This document shows positions 54,944 through 64,000 of a stretch of 64,000 nt of DNA, one piece after another. Position 1 is the stretch's first letter. Each line of letters begins with the position of its first letter. The position numbers and the translations under genes were made by a program. The notes beneath the pieces are model-generated. The model saw nothing but the letters and a program-made list of their open reading frames with translations. It did no database searches and was not told the origin of the DNA. Origin of the DNA: Deferribacterales bacterium (GTDB taxonomy: Bacteria > Chrysiogenota > Deferribacteres > Deferribacterales > Geovibrionaceae); NCBI GenBank assembly GCA_050251875.1, contig JBFWMA010000005.1, positions 96,001-160,000 of the forward strand, read 5' to 3'.

Positions 54944-57900
54944 ATGAATTTGACCAGCAAACCCACCGTGAGACGCAATTTTTCCAGAATCAATAAAGTT
55001 ATTGATATTCCGGATCTCATCGAGGTTCAGAAAGACTCCTATGTCGATTTTCTTCAGGAGAACGCCGGGCCCGATCAAAGAGCTCTTAGAGGACTTGAAG
55101 AAGTTTTCAGGGAGATCTTCCCCATCACCGATTTCAATGAGACAGCGGTGCTGGAGTATATAAGCTATACAATTGAAAAGCATAAATATACCCCTTCAGA
55201 AGCCATTGACAGAAGTACAACATACGCAGCCCCTCTTAAAATCAAAGTAAGGCTGGTAACTTATGATGTCAATGAGGAAACAGGCGAAAAATCAGTGGTT
55301 TCTGCAAAGGAATCAGAGGTTTATCTCTGTGACATTCCTCTGATGACTGACAGAGGTACATTTGTTATCAATGGTGTTGAAAGGGTTATAGTTAACCAGC
55401 TCCACAGATCCCCCGGGATCTTTTTTGAGGACCTGACTTCCTCAAAAGGAGTTATAGAGAAACACCTGTTCAGCGCGAGAATTATCCCTTACAGGGGTTC
55501 ATGGATAGATTTTGATTTTGATTCCAAGAACATCATGTATGTGCGTATCGATAAGAAACGCAAGATACCCTCAACTGTCCTTCTGAAAGCTCTAGGATAT
55601 TCCGAAAACGATATCCTTGAGATGTACTATACAAAAGAGCACATCTTCTTTGAAGACCGCAAAATGTATAAGACATACAACGAAGACATCGTTCTCGGTC
55701 TCAGAAACAGTCTGGATATCGTGGACGCTGAAGGCAACGTAATTGTCAAAGCGGGTCACAAAATTACTAAAGCATCCAGAAAAAGAATCACCAAAGCAGA
55801 GATCACAAGGCTCCCCGTCACATTCGAGGACATTGAGCACACATTCTTTGCCGAGGACATAGTGGACGCTGACGGTGAAGTGCTGATAGAAGCAAACTCA
55901 CCCGTTACACCTGAGTCTTTTGAGAAGGTTCAGGAGAACAACGTCAACGAATTTAAAGTTCTGTTCATCGACAGAATGACTTCCGACAGCGTTATGAGAG
56001 ATATCCTGGCGGCCGACAAGGTTAAGACTCAGGAAGAGGCTCTCATTGATATATATAAAAAGCTGCGTCCCGGCGAACCCGCCACAGAGGAAACCGCCAG
56101 AACGCTTTTCGACAACCTTTTCTTTAACCCGAAAAGATATGACCTCTCTAAAGTAGGTCGTCTGAAAATCAACAAAAGACTCGGTCTTGCTGTTGATCTG
56201 GATACCACTACTCTTACAAAAGAGGACATAGTGGAAACCATCAGGGTTCTGGAAAACATCCGTAAAGGTCTCGACCGTGTGGACGATATCGACCACCTGG
56301 GACACAGAAGGGTGAGAGCGGCAGGCGAGCAGCTTCAGAACCATATCCGTATCGGTCTGGCCAGAATGGAGAAAACCGTTAAGGAGAGAATGTCCATACA
56401 GGATGTTGAAGACCTGACACCTCAGGATCTGCTTAACGCCAAACCTCTTTCTGCCTCCATAAAAGAATTTTTCGGAAGCTACCAGCTTTCACAGTTCATG
56501 GATCAGACAAACCCCCTGAGCGAGATCACTCACAAGAGACGTCTCTCCGCTCTGGGACCCGGAGGTCTGAACCGTGACAGAGCCGGCTTTGAGGTTCGTG
56601 ACGTACATACATCTCACTACGGCAGAATATGTCCCATTGAGACACCTGAAGGACCTAACATCGGTCTTATCACATCTCTGACAACCTATGCCAAAGTGAA
56701 CGAATTCGGCTTTATCGAAACACCTTACAGAAAAGTAAACAACTGTGTTGTTTCAGCAGACGTTGTTTACATGTCCGCTATCGAAGAGGAAGACTATTTC
56801 ATAGCTCAGGCTAACGCCCTTCTGAAAGAGGACAACTCATTTGTAAATGATTTCGTTGCTGCCCGTCATGAGGGCGAGCCCCTGATGACAGCGAAAGAGA
56901 GCATCCAGTTCATGGATATTTCTCCCAAGCAGATAGTGTCTGTTTCAGCCGCTCTTATTCCTTTCCTGGAGCATGACGATGCCAACCGTGCGCTGATGGG
57001 ATCAAACATGCAGCGTCAGGGTGTTCCGCTTATCCGCACCGACTCCCCCATAGTGGGAACAGGTCTGGAAGGCAAGGTAGCCGTTGACTCCGGAGCTGTA
57101 ATAACAGCCAAGAGAGCCGGTGTAATAGAATATGTAGACTCTACAAAGATCGCTGTGCGCTACACAGACGGAGACGATTTCGGTCTGGACGTTTACGATC
57201 TTGTAAAATACAGAAGATCCAACCAGGACACATGCATCAACTTCAAACCTATCGCCGCTCCCGGACAGAAGGTTGAGGTCGGTACAATGCTTGCCGGCGG
57301 CCCCGCCACAGATAACGGCGAGCTGGCTCTCGGTCAGAACATGACCGTAGCGTTCATGCCCTGGATGGGTTACAACTATGAGGACTCCATCCTTATATCT
57401 GAGAGAGTTGTTCGTGAGGACAGATACACATCTATCCACATCGAGGAATTCGAGATTGAGGCCAGAGACACAAAACTCGGACCCGAAGAGATCACAGCGG
57501 ATATCCCCAACGTCTCTGACGAGGCTCTTAAAAACCTCGATGAGTCAGGTATCATCCGTATCGGCGCCAGAGTAAAACCCAGAGACATCCTCGTTGGTAA
57601 AGTGACTCCCAAAGGCGAGACACAGGCAACACCCGAAGAAAAACTCCTCAGAGCCATCTTCGGCGAGAAAGCGGGCGATGTTAAAGACGCTTCCCTTAGA
57701 GTTCCGCCTTCAATCACAGGTACAGTCGTTGACGTTCAGGTGATGACAAGAAGAGGAATCGACAAGGACACAAGAACAGAAGCGATAGAGAAAGAGGAAT
57801 ATGAGTCAATTCAGACGGATTACGAAAGAGAGCTGAAAGCCCTCGAGAAATCCAGAAATGAAAAAGTGGCTGAGTTCCTCATCGGCAAAAAACTCAAAGA

Positions 57901-58930
57901 CGCTTATTCCGCAAACGGCAAGGAGCTTGCCTCCGGAACTGAGCTGACAGAAGAAGTGCTGAAAACTCTCGCTTATACAGACTATATCCAGATAGACATA
58001 GCCGAGGCTAAAGACTTTGAAAATCATGTCAAAAAAGTCAACGCTGTCTATTTCGAAAAAGTTAAAGACGCAGACGACTACTACAGAGATAAAAAACGCA
58101 AAGTGGAAAAAGGCGATGAGCTTCCCGCCGGTGTTCTGAAATCTGTAAAAGTTTATGTAGCTATAAAAAGAAAGCTCTCCGTGGGCGATAAAATGGCCGG
58201 ACGCCACGGTAACAAGGGTGTTGTTTCAAGAATCCTGCCCGCCGAAGATATGCCCTATCTTCCGGACGGTACACCCGTTGACCTTGTGCTGAACCCCCTT
58301 TCAGTACCTTCCCGTATGAACGTTGGACAGGTTCTGGAGGTTCACCTCGGCTGGGCGGCTAAGGCTCTTGGTCTTAAAGTCGCTACAGAAGTTTTTGACG
58401 GCGCCCGTGAGTCAGACATCAAAGAAATGCTCGAAAAAGCAGGATATCAGTCAGACGGACAGACAGTCCTTTATGACGGAAGAACCGGCGAAAGATTCGA
58501 GCAGGAAGTTACTGTAGGCGTTATGTACTACCTGAAACTTCACCACCTTGTGGATACCAAGCTGCACGCTCGTTCCACCGGTCCTTACTCTCTGGTTACT
58601 CAGCAGCCTCTGGGCGGTAAAGCTCAGTTCGGCGGACAGAGACTTGGAGAGATGGAGGTCTGGGCTCTTGAGGCATACGGCGCGGCTAACATTCTGCAAG
58701 AGATGCTGACTGTTAAATCTGATGACGTGGAAGGACGTACAACTGTTTACGAAGCTATCGTAAACGGAAACTTCTCTTTCAGCCCCAGCATGCCTGAGTC
58801 ATTCAACGTTCTTATTAAAGAACTTCAGGGTCTGGCTCTTGACATAGAACTTTTGACATCCAATGAAGACGGAATCATCGAGCTTCCTGAGGATGCGATT
58901 ACCGAAGAAGACACTATGGAGGACTCATAA
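54944..58930 (+). CDS. rpoB: RNA polymerase beta subunit
   Basis: [41 protein letters not shown]; alternative GTG start at 54935. Confidence 0.98.
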   Translation: MNLTSKPTVRRNFSRINKVIDIPDLIEVQKDSYVDFLQENAGPDQRALRGLEEVFREIFPITDFNETAVLEYISYTIEKHKYTPSEAIDRSTTYAAPLKIKVRLVTYDVNEETGEKSVVSAKESEVYLCDIPLMTDRGTFVINGVERVIVNQLHRSPGIFFEDLTSSKGVIEKHLFSARIIPYRGSWIDFDFDSKNIMYVRIDKKRKIPSTVLLKALGYSENDILEMYYTKEHIFFEDRKMYKTYNEDIVLGLRNSLDIVDAEGNVIVKAGHKITKASRKRITKAEITRLPVTFEDIEHTFFAEDIVDADGEVLIEANSPVTPESFEKVQENNVNEFKVLFIDRMTSDSVMRDILAADKVKTQEEALIDIYKKLRPGEPATEETARTLFDNLFFNPKRYDLSKVGRLKINKRLGLAVDLDTTTLTKEDIVETIRVLENIRKGLDRVDDIDHLGHRRVRAAGEQLQNHIRIGLARMEKTVKERMSIQDVEDLTPQDLLNAKPLSASIKEFFGSYQLSQFMDQTNPLSEITHKRRLSALGPGGLNRDRAGFEVRDVHTSHYGRICPIETPEGPNIGLITSLTTYAKVNEFGFIETPYRKVNNCVVSADVVYMSAIEEEDYFIAQANALLKEDNSFVNDFVAARHEGEPLMTAKESIQFMDISPKQIVSVSAALIPFLEHDDANRALMGSNMQRQGVPLIRTDSPIVGTGLEGKVAVDSGAVITAKRAGVIEYVDSTKIAVRYTDGDDFGLDVYDLVKYRRSNQDTCINFKPIAAPGQKVEVGTMLAGGPATDNGELALGQNMTVAFMPWMGYNYEDSILISERVVREDRYTSIHIEEFEIEARDTKLGPEEITADIPNVSDEALKNLDESGIIRIGARVKPRDILVGKVTPKGETQATPEEKLLRAIFGEKAGDVKDASLRVPPSITGTVVDVQVMTRRGIDKDTRTEAIEKEEYESIQTDYERELKALEKSRNEKVAEFLIGKKLKDAYSANGKELASGTELTEEVLKTLAYTDYIQIDIAEAKDFENHVKKVNAVYFEKVKDADDYYRDKKRKVEKGDELPAGVLKSVKVYVAIKRKLSVGDKMAGRHGNKGVVSRILPAEDMPYLPDGTPVDLVLNPLSVPSRMNVGQVLEVHLGWAAKALGLKVATEVFDGARESDIKEMLEKAGYQSDGQTVLYDGRTGERFEQEVTVGVMYYLKLHHLVDTKLHARSTGPYSLVTQQPLGGKAQFGGQRLGEMEVWALEAYGAANILQEMLTVKSDDVEGRTTVYEAIVNGNFSFSPSMPESFNVLIKELQGLALDIELLTSNEDGIIELPEDAITEEDTMEDS

Positions 58931-61900
58931 TGGATAAAGTGAGTACCTTATTTGATAACAAAAAAGAAAAGTTTTTCGATGCTATCAGAATTAAGATAGC
59001 GTCACCCGAGAAGATACTTGAGTGGTCATCCGGCGAGGTAACCAAGCCCGAGACCATCAACTATCGTACGTTCAAACCCGAGCGTGACGGTCTTTTCTGC
59101 GCAAAAATCTTCGGACCTGTAAAGGACTGGGAGTGTCTCTGCGGTAAATACAAACGTATGAAACACAGAGGCATAGTGTGCGAAAAGTGCGGTGTTGAGG
59201 TTATCCAGTCAAAAGTAAGACGTGAGAGAATGGGTCACATCGACCTGGCATCACCCGTCTGCCATATCTGGTTCTTCAAAGGCACACCTAGCCGTATCGG
59301 TTCCATACTTGACCTGTCTATCAAAGACATCGAAAGAATCATCTATTTCGAGTCATACATTGTGACAGAGCCTAAGGCGACAGCTCTGAAAGAGAGAGAG
59401 CTGCTGACTGAAGACAGATACAGAAAACTTATAGAAGAACTCGGACCCAACGCTTTCGAAGCGAAGATAGGCGCCGAGGCTATCAAAGATCTGCTGAAAA
59501 AAGTTGATCTCGATATCCTGCTTATCGAACTGAAAGAGGAGCTGAGAGACACAACCAGCATGCAGAAAAAAATGAAGCTGGCGAAACGTCTCCGTGTGGT
59601 CGAGGCATTCCGCAAATCAGGTAACAGACCCGAGTGGATGATTCTGGACGTACTGCCCGTAATCCCGCCCGAGCTGAGACCCCTTGTTCCTCTGGATGGC
59701 GGCAGATTTGCCACATCCGACCTGAACGACCTTTACAGAAGGGTTATCAACAGGAACAACCGTCTTAAAAAACTGATGGAGCTCAACGCCCCTGAAATCA
59801 TCATACGCAACGAAAAACGTATGCTTCAGGAAGCCGTGGACGCTCTGTTTGATAACGGACGCCGTGGCAGAGTAATCAGAAGCTCTAACAAGCGTCCTCT
59901 TAAATCTCTGTCCGACATGATTAAAGGTAAGCAGGGACGTTTCCGTCAGAACCTTCTTGGTAAGAGGGTCGACTACTCAGGACGTTCCGTTATCGTTGCC
60001 GGACCCAGCCTTAACATGCACCAGTGCGGTATCCCCAAGATAATGGCGCTGGAGCTGTTCAAACCTTTCCTGTACTACAAACTGGAAAAGGAGAGAGGAA
60101 TAGCGTCCACCATTAAACAGGCTAAAAAGATGGTGGAAGAGCAGAGACCCGAGGTTTGGGACGTTCTGGAAGAGGTTATCAGGGAACACCCTGTAATGCT
60201 CAACCGTGCTCCTACCCTTCACAGACTCGGTATTCAGGCTTTCGAGCCCGTTCTTATCGAGGGTAAGGCTATCCGTCTGCACCCCCTTGTTTGTCCCGCT
60301 TTCAACGCGGACTTCGACGGCGACCAGATGGCTGTTCACGTTCCTCTGTCATACGAAGCGCAGCTTGAGGCGCGCACACTGATGCTGGCGCCTTATAACA
60401 TACTTTCTCCTGCTAACGGCAAGCCTCTGGCGACACCCACACAGGATATGGTTCTCGGTATCTACTATCTCTCCAGAGAGATGAGAAACGCCAAGGGAGC
60501 CGGAAAGATATTCTCCAGCCCTGAAGAGGTCATGATAGCTCTTGACCACAAACAGGTGGATCTGCACGCAGAAGTGAAAGTGCGTATTAAAGGCAAAATA
60601 TATGACACCATCCCCGGAAGGATCATCCTTTACGGTATCGTTCCCGAAGGAATGGAGTTCGATGTCGTTAACCGCATCTTCACCAAAAAAGATATCGTGA
60701 ACCTTGTCGACACAGTTTACAAGAGACTGGGCAACTTCCATACCGTTCAGTTCCTTGACAACCTGAAGAACCTCGGTTTCCGTTACGCCGCCACAGCGGG
60801 CTTCTCAATATGTATAGACGACCTCATCATCCCCGATGAAAAACCCGAGCTGATCGCTCAGGCGCACGCAAAAGTCCGGGAGATCGATGAGCACTACCGT
60901 GAGGGTGCCCTGACAGCAGGCGAGCGTTACAACCAGATCATCGATACATGGTCTACAACCAACGACACCATCACCGATAAACTGATGAAAACCATTCAGA
61001 CTATCGGCGGCGATAAATCCAAGACCGAGAAACGTGAGCGTTTCTACAACCCTATCTACATCATGGCGCACTCAGGTGCGAGGGGTTCTAAGGCGCAGAT
61101 ATCACAGCTTGCCGGTATGAGGGGTCTGATGGCTAAACCTTCAGGCGAGATCATCGAGACACCTATTACGGCTAACTTCCGTGAGGGACTTACTGTGTCA
61201 CAGTACTTCATCTCTACTCACGGTGCCCGTAAAGGTCTTGCGGATACGGCTCTTAAAACAGCGAACTCAGGCTATCTGACAAGACGTCTTGTGGACGTTG
61301 CTCAGGACGTCATCATCTCTGAGGATGACTGCCATACTATCAAGGGTATTGAGATTTCAGCCCTGATGGAAGGATCTGAAGTTGTTGAACCTCTTGGCGA
61401 GCGTATCTACGGCCGTTATACACTGGAAGATATTTTCGACTCAGTGTCAGACGAGCTGATAGTTGAGGCTAACAGCCTTATAACAGAAGAAATAGTAAAC
61501 AAAATAGAGCAGGCGGGTATCGACAGAGTGAAAGTTCGCTCCATCCTTACCTGTGAGGCTAAACACGGCGCTTGCCGCATGTGTTACGGTCTCGACCTTG
61601 CCACCAGACGCGAAGTGGAAACAGGCGAAGCGGTGGGTATCATCGCTGCCCAGTCAATCGGTGAGCCCGGTACACAGCTTACCATGAGAACTTTCCACAT
61701 CGGTGGTGCGGCTTCATCATCCGCTGAACAGTCAAGCCTTAACGCCAAAATAGGCGGTAAAATCCAGACTGAGGATATGAAGATCGTGGACAACAGATAC
61801 GGCGAGCCCACAGTGCTTAACCGTAACGGTCTGCTGAAAATTCTCGACCCCGAAGGACGTGTTCTTGAGAAATACAACATCTCCTACGGTACAAAACTCC

Positions 61901-62997
61901 ATGTGAAAGACGGCACCTCTGTTAAACAGGGCGAGCTGATAGCTGAGTGGGATCCCTATGCGGCTGTGATCATGACCGAATATAAAGGTCATGTAGCTTT
62001 TGGAGATATTGTTGAAGGCGAGACACTGAAAGAGGACATCGACCAGATTACTGGTCTGTCACAGAAAGTAATCATCAGCAACACCAGAGGCAGAAAACAG
62101 CCCCGCATCTCTATCAAAAACGAAGAGAACAAAACCATCCAGAGATATATCCTCCCCGTGGGAGCGAACATCATGGTGGAAGAGGGCGCAGAAGTTATGC
62201 CCGGTGATATAGTGGCTAAGATCCCCAGAGACACACAGAAGACAAAAGATATTACTGTCGGTCTTCCCAGGGTCGCTGAGCTGTTCGAAGCCAGAAAACC
62301 CAAAGATCCGGCTGTTATCGCCGAGATCGATGGTATCGTGAGCATAGAGAACACAGCGCGTGGTCTTAGAAAACTCACAATCACCAACGAAGAAACAGGT
62401 GTTAAAAAGAGCTACAGCATCTCTGTACAGAGATACATCAACGTTCATGACGGCGACAGAATCAAAGCGGGCGAGGCTCTCATCGATGGTCTCATCAACC
62501 CCCACGATATTCTTGCCGTACTGGGCGAGGAAGCTCTGCAAAGATACCTTGTGGATGAAATCCAGGAAGTTTACCGTAAGCAGGGTGTTCATATCAACGA
62601 CAAACACATCGAGGTCATCGTACGTCAGATGCTGAAAAAGATCGTGATAGAGGAAGCCGGAGATTCTATCTTCATGCCTAACGAAGAGGTTTACAAATCC
62701 GAATTCGTGGCGACATATGAAGAGATGATGAGAAAAGGTCTGAGACCGCCTCAGGGACGTGCTGTTCTTCAGGGTATCACAAAAGCCGCTCTGAACACAC
62801 ACAGCTTCATCTCCGCCGCTTCATTCCAGGAGACCACAAGAGTTCTTACAGACGCCGCTTGCTCCGGTAAGATGGACGAGCTGAGAGGTCTGAAAGAGAA
62901 CGTAATTATGGGTAAACTGATACCAGCGGGTACCGGTTCCAAGCACATCATTTCTCCCAGATATAACTTTATCAAGGGCGAAAAGCAGGAAAGCTGA
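58930..62997 (+). CDS. rpoC: RNA polymerase beta' subunit
   Basis: Zinc finger, [30 protein letters not shown]. Confidence 0.98.
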   Translation: MDKVSTLFDNKKEKFFDAIRIKIASPEKILEWSSGEVTKPETINYRTFKPERDGLFCAKIFGPVKDWECLCGKYKRMKHRGIVCEKCGVEVIQSKVRRERMGHIDLASPVCHIWFFKGTPSRIGSILDLSIKDIERIIYFESYIVTEPKATALKERELLTEDRYRKLIEELGPNAFEAKIGAEAIKDLLKKVDLDILLIELKEELRDTTSMQKKMKLAKRLRVVEAFRKSGNRPEWMILDVLPVIPPELRPLVPLDGGRFATSDLNDLYRRVINRNNRLKKLMELNAPEIIIRNEKRMLQEAVDALFDNGRRGRVIRSSNKRPLKSLSDMIKGKQGRFRQNLLGKRVDYSGRSVIVAGPSLNMHQCGIPKIMALELFKPFLYYKLEKERGIASTIKQAKKMVEEQRPEVWDVLEEVIREHPVMLNRAPTLHRLGIQAFEPVLIEGKAIRLHPLVCPAFNADFDGDQMAVHVPLSYEAQLEARTLMLAPYNILSPANGKPLATPTQDMVLGIYYLSREMRNAKGAGKIFSSPEEVMIALDHKQVDLHAEVKVRIKGKIYDTIPGRIILYGIVPEGMEFDVVNRIFTKKDIVNLVDTVYKRLGNFHTVQFLDNLKNLGFRYAATAGFSICIDDLIIPDEKPELIAQAHAKVREIDEHYREGALTAGERYNQIIDTWSTTNDTITDKLMKTIQTIGGDKSKTEKRERFYNPIYIMAHSGARGSKAQISQLAGMRGLMAKPSGEIIETPITANFREGLTVSQYFISTHGARKGLADTALKTANSGYLTRRLVDVAQDVIISEDDCHTIKGIEISALMEGSEVVEPLGERIYGRYTLEDIFDSVSDELIVEANSLITEEIVNKIEQAGIDRVKVRSILTCEAKHGACRMCYGLDLATRREVETGEAVGIIAAQSIGEPGTQLTMRTFHIGGAASSSAEQSSLNAKIGGKIQTEDMKIVDNRYGEPTVLNRNGLLKILDPEGRVLEKYNISYGTKLHVKDGTSVKQGELIAEWDPYAAVIMTEYKGHVAFGDIVEGETLKEDIDQITGLSQKVIISNTRGRKQPRISIKNEENKTIQRYILPVGANIMVEEGAEVMPGDIVAKIPRDTQKTKDITVGLPRVAELFEARKPKDPAVIAEIDGIVSIENTARGLRKLTITNEETGVKKSYSISVQRYINVHDGDRIKAGEALIDGLINPHDILAVLGEEALQRYLVDEIQEVYRKQGVHINDKHIEVIVRQMLKKIVIEEAGDSIFMPNEEVYKSEFVATYEEMMRKGLRPPQGRAVLQGITKAALNTHSFISAASFQETTRVLTDAACSGKMDELRGLKENVIMGKLIPAGTGSKHIISPRYNFIKGEKQES

Positions 62998-63005
62998 TAT
63001 AAATA

Positions 63006-63034
63006 AGGGGGCATTTTTATGCCCCCTCTTTTTT
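63006..63034 (+). terminator. Terminator after rpoC
   Basis: AGGGGGCAT/ATGCCCCCT stem plus T-run. Confidence 0.8.
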
Positions 63035-63078
63035 CTTTCGATAAACATAATCATGACATTCTCCTGAAAATATAATTC

Positions 63079-63107
63079 TTGACATTCTTCCTTTCACTTG
63101 TTAGTGT
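63079..63107 (+). promoter_or_regulatory. Putative promoter of the str (rpsL) operon
   Basis: TTGACA-N17-TAGTGT with extended -10 TG. Confidence 0.6.
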
Positions 63108-63207
63108 GTTTGCTCTTCGCCTGATACAGGTGCGTCCTTTTGCGCTCAAAATCCGCAACTGACGCAGGTAATAGATACTCGAAGCAAATATTAAAGGAGG
63201 TGCGAAG

Positions 63208-63579
63208 TTGCCTACACTTAATCAGCTGGTTCGCAAAGGCAGAAAAAAACCTGTTGAAAAGACAAAATCGCCCGCCCTTCAAGGTAACCCTCAGAAAAGA
63301 GGAGTATGTACAAGGGTTTATACAACTACACCTAAGAAACCTAACTCGGCTCTTAGAAAAGTTGCAAGGGTGAGACTCACATCCGGGATCGAAGTAACTG
63401 CTTATATCCCCGGTATCGGCCACAATCTTCAGGAGCACTCAGTTGTTCTTGTCAGAGGCGGCAGGGTAAAAGACCTTCCCGGTGTTCGTTATAAGATCAT
63501 CAGAGGAGCTCTTGACGCTGAAGGCGTGAAAAACAGAAAGAAAAGCCGCTCAAAATACGGCGCTAAAAGACCTAAGTAA
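63208..63579 (+). CDS. rpsL: 30S ribosomal protein S12
   Basis: [22 protein letters not shown] start after AAGGAGGT. Confidence 0.98.
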   Translation: MPTLNQLVRKGRKKPVEKTKSPALQGNPQKRGVCTRVYTTTPKKPNSALRKVARVRLTSGIEVTAYIPGIGHNLQEHSVVLVRGGRVKDLPGVRYKIIRGALDAEGVKNRKKSRSKYGAKRPK

Positions 63580-63592
63580 TAGGTAAAGGTGA

Positions 63593-64000
<408 letters not shown>

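Noticed and set aside
63208..63210. TTG start codon of rpsL as an anomaly
   Set aside because: It has a strong SD and a canonical protein N-terminus; non-ATG starts occur elsewhere in the window (rplJ, rimO, folE2).

Overview
Bacterial chromosomal window, mostly housekeeping. The gene complement and protein styles suggest an anaerobic Gram-negative organism, possibly Deferribacterota (an impression only, not verified). From left to right it contains: a hypA(partial)-hypB-rnhB-yraN operon; a TPR-like membrane protein and folE2; two tandem, paralogous ~1000-aa autotransporter-like surface proteins; a minus-strand block from a ferredoxin and cysE-Rrf2-cysteine desulfurase through MFS, nth, Lrp and a GT2 to an MltD/LysM transglycosylase; a possible Sm-like protein, NUDIX, ClC, PcrA/UvrD and a D-Ala-D-Ala dipeptidase; a molybdate uptake cluster with a ModE box; an ArsR-TolC-MFP-RND-DUF2892 module; ribF-rimO-bamD-serS-rsmI-like; a ~1.3 kb AT-rich islet with a Panacea (DUF4065) antitoxin and an uncharacterised, possibly PemK/MazF-like partner; an 800-aa flagellin; DUF134, nitroreductase, rlmE, RNase G/E, recR, ybaB, a second ArsR and a DegT aminotransferase; and the tRNA-tuf-rpmG-tRNA-Trp-secE-nusG-rplKAJL-rpoBC-rpsL-rpsG(partial) cluster. 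The most interesting leads are the flagellin 5' leader (sigma-28 promoter, an intrinsic terminator with a CsrA-type GGA loop, and two more GGA sites), the Panacea toxin-antitoxin islet with TGAGCACA repeats at its edge, the autotransporter pair, and several REP-like palindromic elements. No CRISPR array, integrase or transposase was seen. All calls come from motif recognition by eye; no database searches were run.
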